39,379 nt of DNA from a virus: UHGV virus genome UHGV-0141615; one strand, 5' to 3'. Both the position numbers and the translations under genes were made by a program. Under the pieces are notes generated by a model that was not told where the DNA came from, did no database searches, and saw only the letters and a list, made by a program, of their open reading frames with translations. Of this stretch, positions 9,001 to 18,841 are shown in pieces (the stretch's first letter is position 1; every line of letters begins with the position of its first letter).

Positions 9001-9994
9001 TACCAGCACTCAGTTTAGCACCTAGGCCAGCTTCGGCAGCGAGTGAGTCATTCTCAAAGTTCTCGTTAGCCAGCTTAATGAGGTCGTCAAGATTCTCAGG
9101 GGAACCACCAGTTACCACGTTGATGTACGCAGGGTTCTTAACCTCGGTTCGAATCTTCTCTAACTCTTCTGGAGTCCAGATGTGAGAGTTCCAGCTAGTC
9201 GGCGTAATGGTGTCCTTAAACACATCAAAACCATTATCGAGGCGACCAGCACGGAAAGCCATCCCAGCGACTGAGTTGGAGAGTTCAGCTTCGGCAGCAT
9301 TTTTGAATCCGAAGAAGGTTGAACGACTATTGTACTCATCAAGTGTTTCTCCGTGGGTCTCCCAAAAGTCCTTGGCGAATGGTTTCTCCGGAGCCTCCTG
9401 TTCGATACCCTTAACGTCAAAACTTGTGGACTCAGGAAGTTCCTGTGTTACTTTCTGCTTGTGACCAATTCCAGCCAATCCTACCTCAGCCGGAATACCT
9501 TTACCCTTTGGGGTTATGCCACCAAAAGTTTCCAACTGTCCAGCCATAGGTGACTTAGCGACATCCAGAAGGTTACGCATGTAGTTCCGTCCTTCCTCAG
9601 AGATGGACGCGAAGTCTCCCTTAGAGTATGCCTCAAGTTGTGGATTACCCAAGCGTCCCTCGCCTTGGTTGTACGCAAGGGCAGCTTTGAGTTCGTCACC
9701 ATCAAATTTACCTACCAGACCTGCAAGGTGCTTAGCGGCAGCGTTGATGGCTAACTCGGGGTTCAGTCGGTCATCGTCTGGGCCATCGGTAACTCGCAGA
9801 CCAAGGGCCTTAGCGGTTGCCTTGGTGAACTGCATCATTCCTAATGGTCCAGTCTTAGATTTTGCTGTAGGTACAAAGCGTGATTCCGTCCAAGCGACTT
9901 TACGTAAAAGGTCATAAGAGACCCCGTTGGCATCAGCCGCCTTTTGGAACAGACCATCATAATCACTTGGTACGTTCTTATCGTACTTATCCAT
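6038..9994 (-). CDS. 16: Internal virion protein D, 1318 aa, with an N-terminal lytic transglycosylase domain. It is an ejectosome component.
   Basis: Same length as T7 gp16. It has an SLT-like N-terminus (...ESRFVPTAKSKTGPLGMMQF...). Confidence 0.95.
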   Translation of the reverse strand: MDKYDKNVPSDYDGLFQKAADANGVSYDLLRKVAWTESRFVPTAKSKTGPLGMMQFTKATAKALGLRVTDGPDDDRLNPELAINAAAKHLAGLVGKFDGDELKAALAYNQGEGRLGNPQLEAYSKGDFASISEEGRNYMRNLLDVAKSPMAGQLETFGGITPKGKGIPAEVGLAGIGHKQKVTQELPESTSFDVKGIEQEAPEKPFAKDFWETHGETLDEYNSRSTFFGFKNAAEAELSNSVAGMAFRAGRLDNGFDVFKDTITPTSWNSHIWTPEELEKIRTEVKNPAYINVVTGGSPENLDDLIKLANENFENDSLAAEAGLGAKLSAGIIGAGVDPLSYVPMVGVTGKGFKLVNKALVVGAESAALNVASEGLRTSVAGGDTDYAGAALGGFVFGAGMSAISDAVAAGLKRNKPEAEFDNEFIGPMMRMEARETARNANSADLSRMNTENMKFEGEHNGVPYEDLPTERGAVVLHDGSVLSASNPINPKTLQEFSEVDPEKAARGIKLAGFTEIGLKTLGSDDADIRRVAIDLVRSPTGMQSGASGKFGATASDIHERLHGTDQRTYNGLYKAMSDAMKDPEFSTGGAKMSREEARYTIYRRAALAIERPELQRALTPSERTVMDIIKRHFDTKRELMENPAIFGNTKAVSIFPESRHKGTYVPHVYDRHAKALMIQRYGAEGLQEGIARSWMNSYISRPEVKARVDEMLKEVHGVKEVTPEMVEKYAMDKAYGISHSDQFTNSSIIEENIEGLVGIENNSFLEARNLFDSDLSITMPDGQQFSVNDLRDFDMFRIMPAYDRRVNGDIAIMGSTGKTTKELKDEILALKAKAEGDGKKTGEVHALMDTVKILTGRARRNQDTVWETSLRSINDLGFFAKNAYMGAQNLTEIAGMIATGNVRALGHGIPILRDTLYKSKPVSAKELKELHASLFGKEVDQLIRPKRADIVQRLREATDTGPAVANIVGTLKYSTQELAARSPWTKLLNGTTNYLLDAARQGMLGDVISATLTGKTTRWEKEGFLRGASVTPEQMAGIKSLIKEHMVRGEDGKFTVKDKQAFSMDPRAMDLWRLADKVADEAMLRPHKVSLQDSHAFGALGKMVMQFKSFTIKSLNSKFLRTFYDGYKNNRAIDAALTGIISMGLAGGYYAMAAHVKAYGMPKEKRKEYLERALDPTMIAHASLSRSSQLGAPLAMADLVGGVLGFESSKMARSTILPKDTMKERDPNKPYTSREVMGAMGSNLLEQMPSAGFVANVGATLMNAAGVVNSPNKATEQDFMTGLMNSTKELVPNDPLTQQLVIKIYEANGVNLRERRK

Positions 9995-10020
9995 TTAGGG
10001 CCTCCTTATGTAGCCTTTAG

Positions 10021-12252
10021 TTACTCCTTACGTCCGTAGATGAACTTAGGAGTCTGTTTACGTTTCTCTCGTACTCGTTTAGCAGCAGCTTCACGAGCTT
10101 TCTTAGCGGCAACTATAGGTGCTCGCTTGTTAACATCAGCAAGAGCCTTCTCTTCGAGTTTCTTCTGGTTCTCACTCCAGACCTTCGAGAGTAACTCTTT
10201 GTCGTATCGGACTCGGACTTGACCAGTAGTGTCCATAAGGTAAATGGAGTCACCTTGAGAATACATGGTCAGTTGCTTGTTGGTTATCCAGCGGTTGCTC
10301 GCAATGATTCCCTTACGTGCTTCCTCCAGAATATCACGACCTTGCTCCCACGATTTCGGGTCAGAGTTGACTTGCATCATGTTCTTCGGAATTACACCAA
10401 CGGCATCACCATCAACATCGTCACCAGTGAACGTGTAGGTAGATTCCTTAAGGAACTTGGTCATCTGCTCCATAGCCATACTTTCGTTCCCTGAGCGATA
10501 CTTAACGGAGTCATAAATCTTACGTGCGGATTCGCGCAGTGACGCTGGCATACGGGCAATCTCAGGAGCTTTAGACGCATTCAATGCAGACTCGAATGCT
10601 TTATCATCCTCAAAGCGTTGCTCTTTGGACCGCTTGACAGTCAGTCGGTCGGCATCAAGAATAACCTGAGGGTCAATACCTTGCTTGTCCATCATGTCCA
10701 TCGTCAGGAATAGCTCAGCTTGGTCTGGGTATAGCGCAGCAATCAACTGAGGGTCGGCATTACGGATTCTACGTAGGGCATCCAGAGCTGGGGTTCGTTC
10801 TGGCAACTTACCGTTAATAACAGCGGCAGACCACTCTTGACCAGCGTCAGTCACCATAGTTCCGATTGCTGTACGGAATGCTCCGTCCTTAGAGTCAGCT
10901 TGAAGGTATTTCAACTTCATCATGTCCTTGGTGCTATCTGGGATGTCCATGCGGTCAATCTCCGCGAGCTTCTTATTGGCGTAGTTAACCATATCACTAT
11001 GTTTGAACTCACCAGTGTTCTCGTTGACTGGCATATCCTTAAAGTCCGTTGATACCCACTCGCCGTTGATTCGCTTCTGGAACTGCTTGTCGATTACGTC
11101 AAGTTTGTTCATAGACTTCATTGAGTCATCCAGAGCTTTTGCTTGAGCTTTCGTCCATGCGTTCATCTGATTCTGAACTTGCTCCTGTGCTGAGATTAAC
11201 CACTCACGTTGTGGTGTCATCTGCTCATCAGGTTGAACTTTATCGAGTTCAGCCTTGATACCTTGAAGCATCTCCCACGCAGTACGAGGGTCCTCTTGGT
11301 TCAGCGCGGAGTTAATCTTCAAGCGATACTGCTCGTTCAGCTTGGCGTCATTCTCAAACTGAGAACGTTGTGCTGTCACCATTAGAGCATTCCACTGTTC
11401 CTCACCCATCAACTCTCGGTAAGTCGTAGTGGCCCCGTTGAGTGTTACCTTCTTATCGCCAACGCGCATCAGGAAGTCAGCACCACCAGCACGGCTAGAA
11501 GCATCACTGAACGCTTGGCTTATAAGCTGTATGGCTTGAGCATCAGATGGGATTGCCCCAATAACCAGACCATTGTCGATGTATTTCTCAAAGAAGTCAG
11601 CAGAGTCTGGACGACGCAGCATGTCAGGGTCTTGAAGGACACCGTTTAGTTCCACTCGGCTGTTCATGATGGCACCCTTCTGAGCTTGCTGGCTCAAGAA
11701 GTTATCATGCGCACCATACAGCGAGATGTTACGCTCAGTGATGTCCCCGTTGAAACCACGCTGATAATCAACGTCCTCAGGGTCAATACCGAACTGCTCA
11801 GCGTATGCCTTGGCGCCCTCTTGGAGACGACTATGACGATACTCTTCCATCTCTTCACGAGTACGGAAGACACCCTCTTTGACCTTCTGCATAACGTCAT
11901 CGTCCACAAGGTACGCAGCGTTACGACCAGTCTTGACTCGTAGTGCTTCCATAGCGTATGGGTCATCCTGATACAGAAGGGTCCCGTTGTTGAGAGCTTC
12001 TCGGCGTTGCTCAGGAGTCAGCTTACGGATAATCTCGTTAGAGCGTTCGTCAGCTAGGTCGCGTGCTCGTTGTTCCTTAGCGGTATACATATCGGCACCA
12101 GCTTTAGCGAACCGGCCAATGGTGTCCAATAGGCTGGACTTTTGCTGCTCAGCCTGAGTGGTTGCTGCACGATAGCCCATACCGCCAGTGCCACCACGTA
12201 ACCGAGAGAGTCCCGGTTGTGCCGCTTGAAGGGCAGATTCAATTTTACTCAT
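10021..12252 (-). CDS. 15: Internal virion protein C, 743 aa
   Basis: T7 gp15-like, 747 aa in T7. Position is conserved. Confidence 0.95.
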   Translation of the reverse strand: MSKIESALQAAQPGLSRLRGGTGGMGYRAATTQAEQQKSSLLDTIGRFAKAGADMYTAKEQRARDLADERSNEIIRKLTPEQRREALNNGTLLYQDDPYAMEALRVKTGRNAAYLVDDDVMQKVKEGVFRTREEMEEYRHSRLQEGAKAYAEQFGIDPEDVDYQRGFNGDITERNISLYGAHDNFLSQQAQKGAIMNSRVELNGVLQDPDMLRRPDSADFFEKYIDNGLVIGAIPSDAQAIQLISQAFSDASSRAGGADFLMRVGDKKVTLNGATTTYRELMGEEQWNALMVTAQRSQFENDAKLNEQYRLKINSALNQEDPRTAWEMLQGIKAELDKVQPDEQMTPQREWLISAQEQVQNQMNAWTKAQAKALDDSMKSMNKLDVIDKQFQKRINGEWVSTDFKDMPVNENTGEFKHSDMVNYANKKLAEIDRMDIPDSTKDMMKLKYLQADSKDGAFRTAIGTMVTDAGQEWSAAVINGKLPERTPALDALRRIRNADPQLIAALYPDQAELFLTMDMMDKQGIDPQVILDADRLTVKRSKEQRFEDDKAFESALNASKAPEIARMPASLRESARKIYDSVKYRSGNESMAMEQMTKFLKESTYTFTGDDVDGDAVGVIPKNMMQVNSDPKSWEQGRDILEEARKGIIASNRWITNKQLTMYSQGDSIYLMDTTGQVRVRYDKELLSKVWSENQKKLEEKALADVNKRAPIVAAKKAREAAAKRVREKRKQTPKFIYGRKE

Positions 12253-12258
12253 AGCTCA

Positions 12259-12849
12259 TTACCTCCCCGTCTTGGTTCCTTTAGCGGCAACAATAGGTGC
12301 CTTAGTTGTGGACTTAGAGTCGAACGCACCGGATGCGTAAGCACTCGCAGCGGAAGACCCCATGATAGCCAGTGGGTCCAGAACCATCTGTAGCTTACTC
12401 TTCTGCTTCTGTTCGCCCTTATAGATTTCGCTAATCTGGCTTGCAGCACTTTGAGTGCCACCAAGTTGCTGTGCGAATATTGCTTGGTAGTCACGGCGAT
12501 AGTTCTCAGTTACCATATTGGCTTCCCGAATGAACTGTCCTTCGGTGACTCGCTTAATGCGGTCCATTGAGGAACCTTCGAGCATACTCTCTCCGATAGC
12601 CGCTCGGATAGACCCAAGAGCTTGGACCTTCTGCATGTTCTGTGAGGTCAACTCAGAGGATGCTTCCTCAAGTTTACTTCGAGCTTGCAACGATAGGTCA
12701 GCATTCTGGATGTTCGTCTGCTTCATGATTTCCATAGCTTGACGACGACCAGCAGCGGTCTGAGCGGCAATCATTTTGGCCTGAGCGTTCTGACCACTGA
12801 TAGCCTGAGCACCAGCCAGTGCGATTGGAATTGCAGCCATCCAACACAT
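12259..12849 (-). CDS. 14: Internal virion protein B, 196 aa
   Basis: MCWMAAIPIALAGAQAISGQNAQAKM... is T7 gp14-like, with the same length. Confidence 0.9.
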   Translation of the reverse strand: MCWMAAIPIALAGAQAISGQNAQAKMIAAQTAAGRRQAMEIMKQTNIQNADLSLQARSKLEEASSELTSQNMQKVQALGSIRAAIGESMLEGSSMDRIKRVTEGQFIREANMVTENYRRDYQAIFAQQLGGTQSAASQISEIYKGEQKQKSKLQMVLDPLAIMGSSAASAYASGAFDSKSTTKAPIVAAKGTKTGR

Positions 12850-12853
12850 ATGG

Positions 12854-13270
12854 TTATCCTCCTTTCGTTATTGTGAATAATTGAAATTGACCATCTCGTG
12901 TGTACTCTTCATGGAATACCGCACCGATAGTCTTGAGGAAACGAATGTGGGACGTATTGCCTACCCATACGTAATTCCAAAGAGTATCATACTTCTCAAG
13001 CATCTTATCGCGATACTCCATGATTAACTTACGGAACTCTCGCTTAGCCTTTCCACTAAGTCGCCACACTTGGTCACTCGTAACGAACCAGCACTGGTCC
13101 CCACAGTTGCCACCTATGGCTAGAGGGAACCCATAGAGGCTCAACGTGACACACTCGGAAGCATCAGGGAAACTTGGCTCAATACCAGCAGCCTTAGCTT
13201 CAAGAATGTCATGGTGAGCCGGAGTGAATACCTCAAAGTCTGTACTTTTAGTAGGTCTTATAATCATCAT
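12854..13270 (-). CDS. 13: Internal virion protein A, 138 aa
   Basis: T7 gp13-like in length and position. SD GGGAGGGTTTTCTTATG. Confidence 0.9.
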   Translation of the reverse strand: MMIIRPTKSTDFEVFTPAHHDILEAKAAGIEPSFPDASECVTLSLYGFPLAIGGNCGDQCWFVTSDQVWRLSGKAKREFRKLIMEYRDKMLEKYDTLWNYVWVGNTSHIRFLKTIGAVFHEEYTRDGQFQLFTITKGG

Positions 13271-13307
13271 AAGAAAACCCTCCCGTAGTCGTATTGTTCT
13301 CCCTATA

Positions 13308-13330
13308 GTGAGTCATATTAATTTCGAACC
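13308..13330 (-). promoter_or_regulatory. T7 RNAP promoter phi13, carrying a -12 C>T variant (TAATATGACTCACTATAGGGAGA)
   Basis: Reverse complement read directly. +1 at 13313. It is the only class III promoter here that deviates upstream of -6. Confidence 0.85.
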
Positions 13331-13350
13331 ACCACAGGGAGAACACTTAA

Positions 13351-15735
13351 TTAAATACCGGAACTTCTCCGTAAGTAGTTACCTTCCCAGCCACACCCAA
13401 TGATGTTCAACGGGGTAGTCTCATCAGACAAGATGGACACGGTATTGAACTTGGCGTTGCCCACCACAGGGAATCGGTATTGTCCGGTCCCTAAGTTCAA
13501 TCGCCCAGCCCTCAGAGTGTTAGAGCCTAAGCGAGCACCAGCCATCGTGTACTTCCAGTTAGACGATTGGTTCTCAACATAAATGTCGAACGTTCCAGAG
13601 TTCTCATAGTTCACCCACGCTCGGCGTAACTGTAAGCGACCAATGTCTTCCGTGGAGGTAGACCCGTCGTCGGCAGTCTGCTTGATGAGAAACTTAGAGA
13701 ACTCATAGGCGAAGTTAATGTTGAACCCGATGTACACCATACGTCCCTCTAAGTTACCATTGAGTCTCAGCCAAGGGTCACTATTCCACCCACCAGTTGG
13801 TTGCTCACATACGGTTATCTTACCATCAGGCTCCAATACGGTGATTTTGTCCCTCCCGAAGTTTGCACCATAAATGGTTGGAATATGGATAGAGGTAGTG
13901 AACGTGTCATCGTTGTATGTTCCACTCGGAATCGTGTAGCGAATCTTCATGTCCATAAAGGCACGGTAAGGTTCACCTCGTAAGTCAATGGCGTTCTTAG
14001 TGAAAGAGATTTTAGCTAGAAACGTATTGAACTCATTGCGAAGAATAACATACATATCCGAGTTTATACTCTGACACGCTAGAACCTGTACGTTTCCCCC
14101 AAAGTCCCAATGGGACCACGACTGTTGTCTTAACTCTTCGTTCAGGTACAGGAATTTGTATATGAAGATTTTGCTTGGGTCCCCTTGAGATAGTACCGAA
14201 CAGAAGTTTTCCGTACCACTACCACAAATACTAAACACACCATTTGGGATGTAGTTAGGAACGTGTGCTGTGATGTCCTCAGCGTTCTTAACTGAACTGA
14301 CATCCTGCACAGCGTAGTACCTGTGGATGGACGTGAAGCTGGACCTCGGACTAGCGAAATAAACATTACGCCCAATCCCATAAGGTCTCGCTCGGTCCTG
14401 TACGTCAAACTGAGTCGTTAGGTTCAACTCAACCGACTTCGACGTAAGGGTGCCTGACGCTGTCAGAACGAACTGTGCTTCGTCGGACCAGATGAGTAAC
14501 TCTTCTGAGAACGGAACGGCGTACTTAAGGATTGCTATTCGGTTGGTACTCACAGCTACGTCTATAGGGTCGTCATCACTAAGGTTCGCAACGGACGCAG
14601 GGTAGAAGTTGAAGTATTTGGCTGTACGACTCAATATGATGTTCTCCCCACTAAGGAATCCTAAGCGGTTACGGAAGAAGAACACATCGTTAATACTTGA
14701 ACCAACAAAAGAAGGCCAAGGGTTGGTGTCAACGTCACCACAAGACTTAGGGGACCACTCAAGCCACTTGAAGTCGAAATTACCGTCAGCGGCTCGCACA
14801 AGAGCGTGTGGCATGGTTTCCCATAGAACTTGGTTCTCAGTGTTCCAACCTAAAGTCTCAACCCAAACTTTCCGCTCAGCGTCATACCGCACGTAATACT
14901 GGTCGGCAGACTTAGAGGAGTCCCCTACGATTTTCACCATGTAGCCGTTAGGAGCATTAGGTGGCAGCTTAGAGAACGACTGAGCGTAGTGGGTCACAGG
15001 GTTAATCAACTGGTCTGCGTAGCCATCTTTAGTCGTGAAGGAGTTAATCTGTTGACCGCTAGGTGCGGCAACATGTATGAACCCTTGCCCTACATTTACA
15101 GTCCAACCAGACAAGTTAGTGCGCATCTGCTTGGCTAACTCTTCGGCTAACCATTGGGCATCCGTATTGTTTACGTGTTCAGGTTTACTACCATCTGGGA
15201 TTTTATACTTCGCAACGTCTTTACCGTTAATGTGTACAATTAGTTCCCTACCATACTGACCACCACGAACGTTAATCAATCCGTCTTGTTTAGGGTTGTA
15301 ATTCGGTAAGTTGACAGACTTTGTGTTCTTCTGTGCAACAACATTGCGGTTAACGATGAACGTATAGTCTGCTACAGTAACCATTCGCAGGTCGTTACGT
15401 GGATTAGCGGTCTTGATGTAGTTGGAACCGTTAGGATACCTAACTTGCTTCTCGTTACCAGCAAGGTCGAACACTCGGATTCCACTACCAGTGAACACAG
15501 CATAATACTGTTCGCGCTCATCTCGGTTAATCAGATGGATGTACGGAGCTTGACCTAAAGCACCGTTGTTTCCAAGTGTCTTTAAGAATACCAGAGGTGG
15601 ACGCTTTTGGAGGCCCTCGGTCTCCGAAGACCAACCGTTAACTTGGCGTGACCCTTGGTCTGGATAACGAAGGATGTCAGGCTGTTGGCTGATACCACCC
15701 TTCAAGTTCTTGATTGATTGGCTAATGAGTGCCAT
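13351..15735 (-). CDS. 12: Tail tubular protein B, 794 aa
   Basis: Same length as T7 gp12. Position is conserved. Confidence 0.95.
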   Translation of the reverse strand: MALISQSIKNLKGGISQQPDILRYPDQGSRQVNGWSSETEGLQKRPPLVFLKTLGNNGALGQAPYIHLINRDEREQYYAVFTGSGIRVFDLAGNEKQVRYPNGSNYIKTANPRNDLRMVTVADYTFIVNRNVVAQKNTKSVNLPNYNPKQDGLINVRGGQYGRELIVHINGKDVAKYKIPDGSKPEHVNNTDAQWLAEELAKQMRTNLSGWTVNVGQGFIHVAAPSGQQINSFTTKDGYADQLINPVTHYAQSFSKLPPNAPNGYMVKIVGDSSKSADQYYVRYDAERKVWVETLGWNTENQVLWETMPHALVRAADGNFDFKWLEWSPKSCGDVDTNPWPSFVGSSINDVFFFRNRLGFLSGENIILSRTAKYFNFYPASVANLSDDDPIDVAVSTNRIAILKYAVPFSEELLIWSDEAQFVLTASGTLTSKSVELNLTTQFDVQDRARPYGIGRNVYFASPRSSFTSIHRYYAVQDVSSVKNAEDITAHVPNYIPNGVFSICGSGTENFCSVLSQGDPSKIFIYKFLYLNEELRQQSWSHWDFGGNVQVLACQSINSDMYVILRNEFNTFLAKISFTKNAIDLRGEPYRAFMDMKIRYTIPSGTYNDDTFTTSIHIPTIYGANFGRDKITVLEPDGKITVCEQPTGGWNSDPWLRLNGNLEGRMVYIGFNINFAYEFSKFLIKQTADDGSTSTEDIGRLQLRRAWVNYENSGTFDIYVENQSSNWKYTMAGARLGSNTLRAGRLNLGTGQYRFPVVGNAKFNTVSILSDETTPLNIIGCGWEGNYLRRSSGI

Positions 15736-15755
15736 TAGAGCCTCCTTAGTAATTA

Positions 15756-16346
15756 TTAGCGAGTCAGTTGACCGGAAGTGAATGCATCACCATCCAGCAT
15801 ATTGTACCCACCGTAGTCCACTTCGTACTCCATGCAGAGACGTCTAGCCTCATCTTCCTCTTCTTGGAGTACACCCTCTACTTCCGGTGCCCCAAAGAAT
15901 CGGTTGTTGAACTGACGGGAAGCCTTAGTGACAATCCAGTAGCGGAAGCACTCAGGCATCTCATCGTAGTCTCTTAGACGGATAATGTTAACGGTAATGC
16001 CAGAGTCAAAGCGGTCTGATTGACTCGTTCGGTCATACACATAGCCACCTCGGTTAACGTAGATGGATTGACCGGAAGTAGCCATTAGGGATAAATAGTC
16101 ATCGCTGTATACAATCAGGTTGGAGTAAACATCAGGTAATAGCGTTATGCCTTCCTCAATGTTGAACGTCCAGCCACGAGACTGAATCTGTCGGTTAATC
16201 TTGTTGAGAATACGTCGAGCGTTCGCTACGTCTGCGTTAGAGTCACCTTCCAGCGTTGATACCGGAGGTTCTCCGATAGATGCCAGAATGTCATTCACAG
16301 CGGATAACTCAGCGGCAGTCTCAACGTTCATATCGTATGAGCGCAT
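15756..16346 (-). CDS. 11: Tail tubular protein A, 196 aa
   Basis: Same length as T7 gp11. Position is conserved. Confidence 0.95.
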   Translation of the reverse strand: MRSYDMNVETAAELSAVNDILASIGEPPVSTLEGDSNADVANARRILNKINRQIQSRGWTFNIEEGITLLPDVYSNLIVYSDDYLSLMATSGQSIYVNRGGYVYDRTSQSDRFDSGITVNIIRLRDYDEMPECFRYWIVTKASRQFNNRFFGAPEVEGVLQEEEDEARRLCMEYEVDYGGYNMLDGDAFTSGQLTR

Positions 16347-16360
16347 ATAGTTCCTCCTTT

Positions 16361-16410
16361 AAGCAAAAACCCCTCAAGACCCGTTTAGAGGCCCCAAGGG
16401 GTTATGCTAG
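16361..16410 (-). terminator. Tphi, the T7 RNAP late terminator
   Basis: Reverse complement of CTAGCATAACCCCTTGGGGCCTCTAAACGGGTCTTGAGGGGTTTTTGC, essentially the T7 Tphi hairpin plus U-run. Confidence 0.9.
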
Positions 16411-17606
16411 TTATTGCTCAGCGGTGGCAGCAGCCAACTCAGCTTCCTTTCGGGCCTTGTTAGCAGCGCGAGTGCGTGCAGCCTTCTGTGCTGGCGTTAA
16501 GGTTTCTTCTGTTGAAGTAACACTCACCTCTTCGGGACTAGCAGCGACCGTTGAGGTCACTCCCAGCATTACCTCGCTTTGAAAACCACTGCACCAGCAG
16601 CTTCTGGGCGCAGACCACCGTGACCCATTGCGTACTTAGCGATAATCTGGTCCGCTTGGAAGTTAGCACGGCGAGCACGCTCCAGAGCCAAGTCACGCAG
16701 CTTAACAGTACCTACCGCAGAGCGGTGCATGAACAGGCCGATAACGTTGGCCTTAGCAACCTTGGTAGTACCACCTTCACTAGCGGCAGGGAAGGCGTGC
16801 TTCTGATTAGTGGTATCCGCGCGAGAGGTTCCAGCGCCACCAGCAGTGAGGTGAGGAACTTCTACAACCTCAAAGCCCATAACGTTACGGATAGAACCCT
16901 TCTCAGGGTCAATCAGCGCAGCGTAGTTTGCCGCGTTCGGCATCAGTGCTGCCAGAATCGCAGAGTAGCTATCTGGGTCGCAGTAGAACACACGGTCAGA
17001 AGCCGGAACGTAGTTCTTGGTCAGAGCTGCACGAGCCTTGGTCAGTGCTGCAATAATCTCCTTACCCAGCGCAACTTGGTCGGTAAGTGCCTCCTTGTCC
17101 TGAGTGGTCGCAATTACAGTTGCGGCACCTAAGCCCTCAATGTTCTCGTTAATGGTGCTCGTCAAGTTACACAGGCCAGCAATCTCTGCCAGAACCGCAC
17201 CATCCGCAGCCATCGCCAGAGATTCACCTAACTGAGAGGTGTACTCAGAGCGAACGTCATAGTGGTTCATCGCGTCCTCAATATCGTAAATCAGAACGTC
17301 AGCAGTCAGGAGACCATCAATGGTGATTACCTTCTCGGTGTGTTTGATGCCTTTTCGTTTATCGTCGAGGTTCTCACCAGGTGCCAGATACGCTGCCTGA
17401 GTGCGACCCAGAACAGGGAACTGAGCTGATTTACCGCTGGAGATGGAACGGACCATGTGGCGAGAAGTGGTCACGGAGGTACGAGCGAACGCAGTCAGGA
17501 CTTCACCGCCAAATACCTTCAAGAACAACGCCAGTTTATCGGAACCAGTGCTTACACCTTTACCTTGGTTAGTACCAATTTGCTGTCCACCAGTCATGTT
17601 AGCCAT
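16411..17606 (-). CDS. 10B: Minor capsid protein 10B, made by a -1 ribosomal frameshift at GGTTTTC (16581-16587) near the 3' end of 10A. The 52-aa extension ends at the TAA at 16411-16413.
   Basis: Slippery heptamer G GTT TTC is conserved. The -1 frame reads QSEVMLGVTSTVAASPEE...AELAAATAEQ*, matching the T7 10B tail. Confidence 0.75.
16569..17606 (-). CDS. 10A: Major capsid protein 10A, 345 aa
   Basis: MANMTGGQQIGTNQGKG... The classic gene 10 RBS AAGAAGGAGATACATATATG is present. The track ORF extends 10 codons upstream, but the SD-supported ATG is at 17606. Confidence 0.95.
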   Translation of the reverse strand: MANMTGGQQIGTNQGKGVSTGSDKLALFLKVFGGEVLTAFARTSVTTSRHMVRSISSGKSAQFPVLGRTQAAYLAPGENLDDKRKGIKHTEKVITIDGLLTADVLIYDIEDAMNHYDVRSEYTSQLGESLAMAADGAVLAEIAGLCNLTSTINENIEGLGAATVIATTQDKEALTDQVALGKEIIAALTKARAALTKNYVPASDRVFYCDPDSYSAILAALMPNAANYAALIDPEKGSIRNVMGFEVVEVPHLTAGGAGTSRADTTNQKHAFPAASEGGTTKVAKANVIGLFMHRSAVGTVKLRDLALERARRANFQADQIIAKYAMGHGGLRPEAAGAVVFKAR

Positions 17607-17779
17607 ATATGTATCTCCTTCTGTTGATTTAAACATTTAATGTATGAGGTACTTCTTGAAACGAGTTGGTTCTCATTGTGTATCACTCAAGGGAGCACTC
17701 CCACGACACGCTCGGAAGCCAGACTCCACAGCAACTTAATGGTCTGTGTGACCTCCAATCGTGGGATTCAGTCTCTCTC

Positions 17780-17802
17780 TCTCCCTATAGTGAGTCGTAT
17801 TA
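17780..17802 (-). promoter_or_regulatory. T7 RNAP promoter phi10
   Basis: Exact consensus reverse complement. +1 at 17785. Confidence 0.9.
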
Positions 17803-17815
17803 ATTTCAGAGTCTA

Positions 17816-18739
17816 TCAGAAGTTCGAGTCGATTACTTTCTGTTCGACTTGACGACGATAGTTGGCATCTGTGCGATACCGAGGGTCGCTCATAGCTTTA
17901 ATCATCTCGCTACGGTCCGCAAAGCCTTCACGCTTGGTAGCCTGAGGTTTAGCAGGAATAGCGCGATTAGTCACACTACGAGTCGGCTTACGACCGAACG
18001 CCTTAGCGCGAGACTCACCAGCCAAGTTGATGATAGCCTTAACGGTCGCTAAGTCACGATTGGTTAACGCATTGTCCAGCGACTGTGCAGCCTCAGGGTT
18101 GTGCGTCTCAAGGTGATTATACAGTGCGTCAAAACGTTCACGACCACCAGCGTACTCAATGACACTGTTAACGTACTGCTCCACCAGAGCTTCTTGACCG
18201 CGAATGTATGAGTCGATGAAAGCCTTCGTGTAGCCAATTTCAGCCAGCTTAGCGTAGGACTCAGCGGACAACTCTTCGTTCTCCTCGTACTCACGCTGGA
18301 TAGCCTCAATGGTCTCAACACTCATGCCACGCTCGGCAGCAATGTTAATCATCTCTTGGAAGCCCTCTTCATGCTCACCAAGTTGCTCAGAGGCAGCTAC
18401 CAGTTCTTCTGGAGTCTCACCCAGCGGGGTAAACTCTTCGGAACCTTCGGTGCCCTCAAAGACTTCTTCGCCAGTGTCCACATCAGTAGGCTCAGAGCCA
18501 TCGCCAATACGAACCTGAATGCGGCCTTCGTCATCCTCTTGACCGAATGGGTCAGAGTTGTCATACAGGTCTCGTTCAGTTTCCACTTCGTCGGACGCTA
18601 ACTCGATTGCATCATCGCCATCACGGGCAGCAACATCAAGAGCCAGCATGTTCTGTTCATGTTCCTCAACGGAACCACCAGACATCACAGCGGAGTTCAC
18701 GCCAAAAGATGCATATACGTCTGCATTAGATTCAGCCAT
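17816..18739 (-). CDS. 9: Capsid assembly (scaffolding) protein, 307 aa
   Basis: Acidic protein of T7 gp9 length. Position is conserved. Confidence 0.9.
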   Translation of the reverse strand: MAESNADVYASFGVNSAVMSGGSVEEHEQNMLALDVAARDGDDAIELASDEVETERDLYDNSDPFGQEDDEGRIQVRIGDGSEPTDVDTGEEVFEGTEGSEEFTPLGETPEELVAASEQLGEHEEGFQEMINIAAERGMSVETIEAIQREYEENEELSAESYAKLAEIGYTKAFIDSYIRGQEALVEQYVNSVIEYAGGRERFDALYNHLETHNPEAAQSLDNALTNRDLATVKAIINLAGESRAKAFGRKPTRSVTNRAIPAKPQATKREGFADRSEMIKAMSDPRYRTDANYRRQVEQKVIDSNF

Positions 18740-18818
18740 TATTATTGTCTCCTTAAAGTTGAACTATGGGAAGACCGAGGACTCCAACCTCTTGTCATCG
18801 CTCATTTCAAAGATGAGG

Positions 18819-18841
18819 TCTCCCTATAGTGAGTCGTATTA
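18819..18841 (-). promoter_or_regulatory. T7 RNAP promoter phi9
   Basis: Exact consensus reverse complement. +1 at 18824. Confidence 0.9.

Noticed and set aside
16551-17132. 193-aa plus-strand ORF antisense to capsid gene 10A, and the 100-aa ORF at 16280-16582
   Set aside because: Antisense to the most highly expressed late gene and to Tphi. The real feature in this region is the minus-strand -1 frameshift extension (10B).
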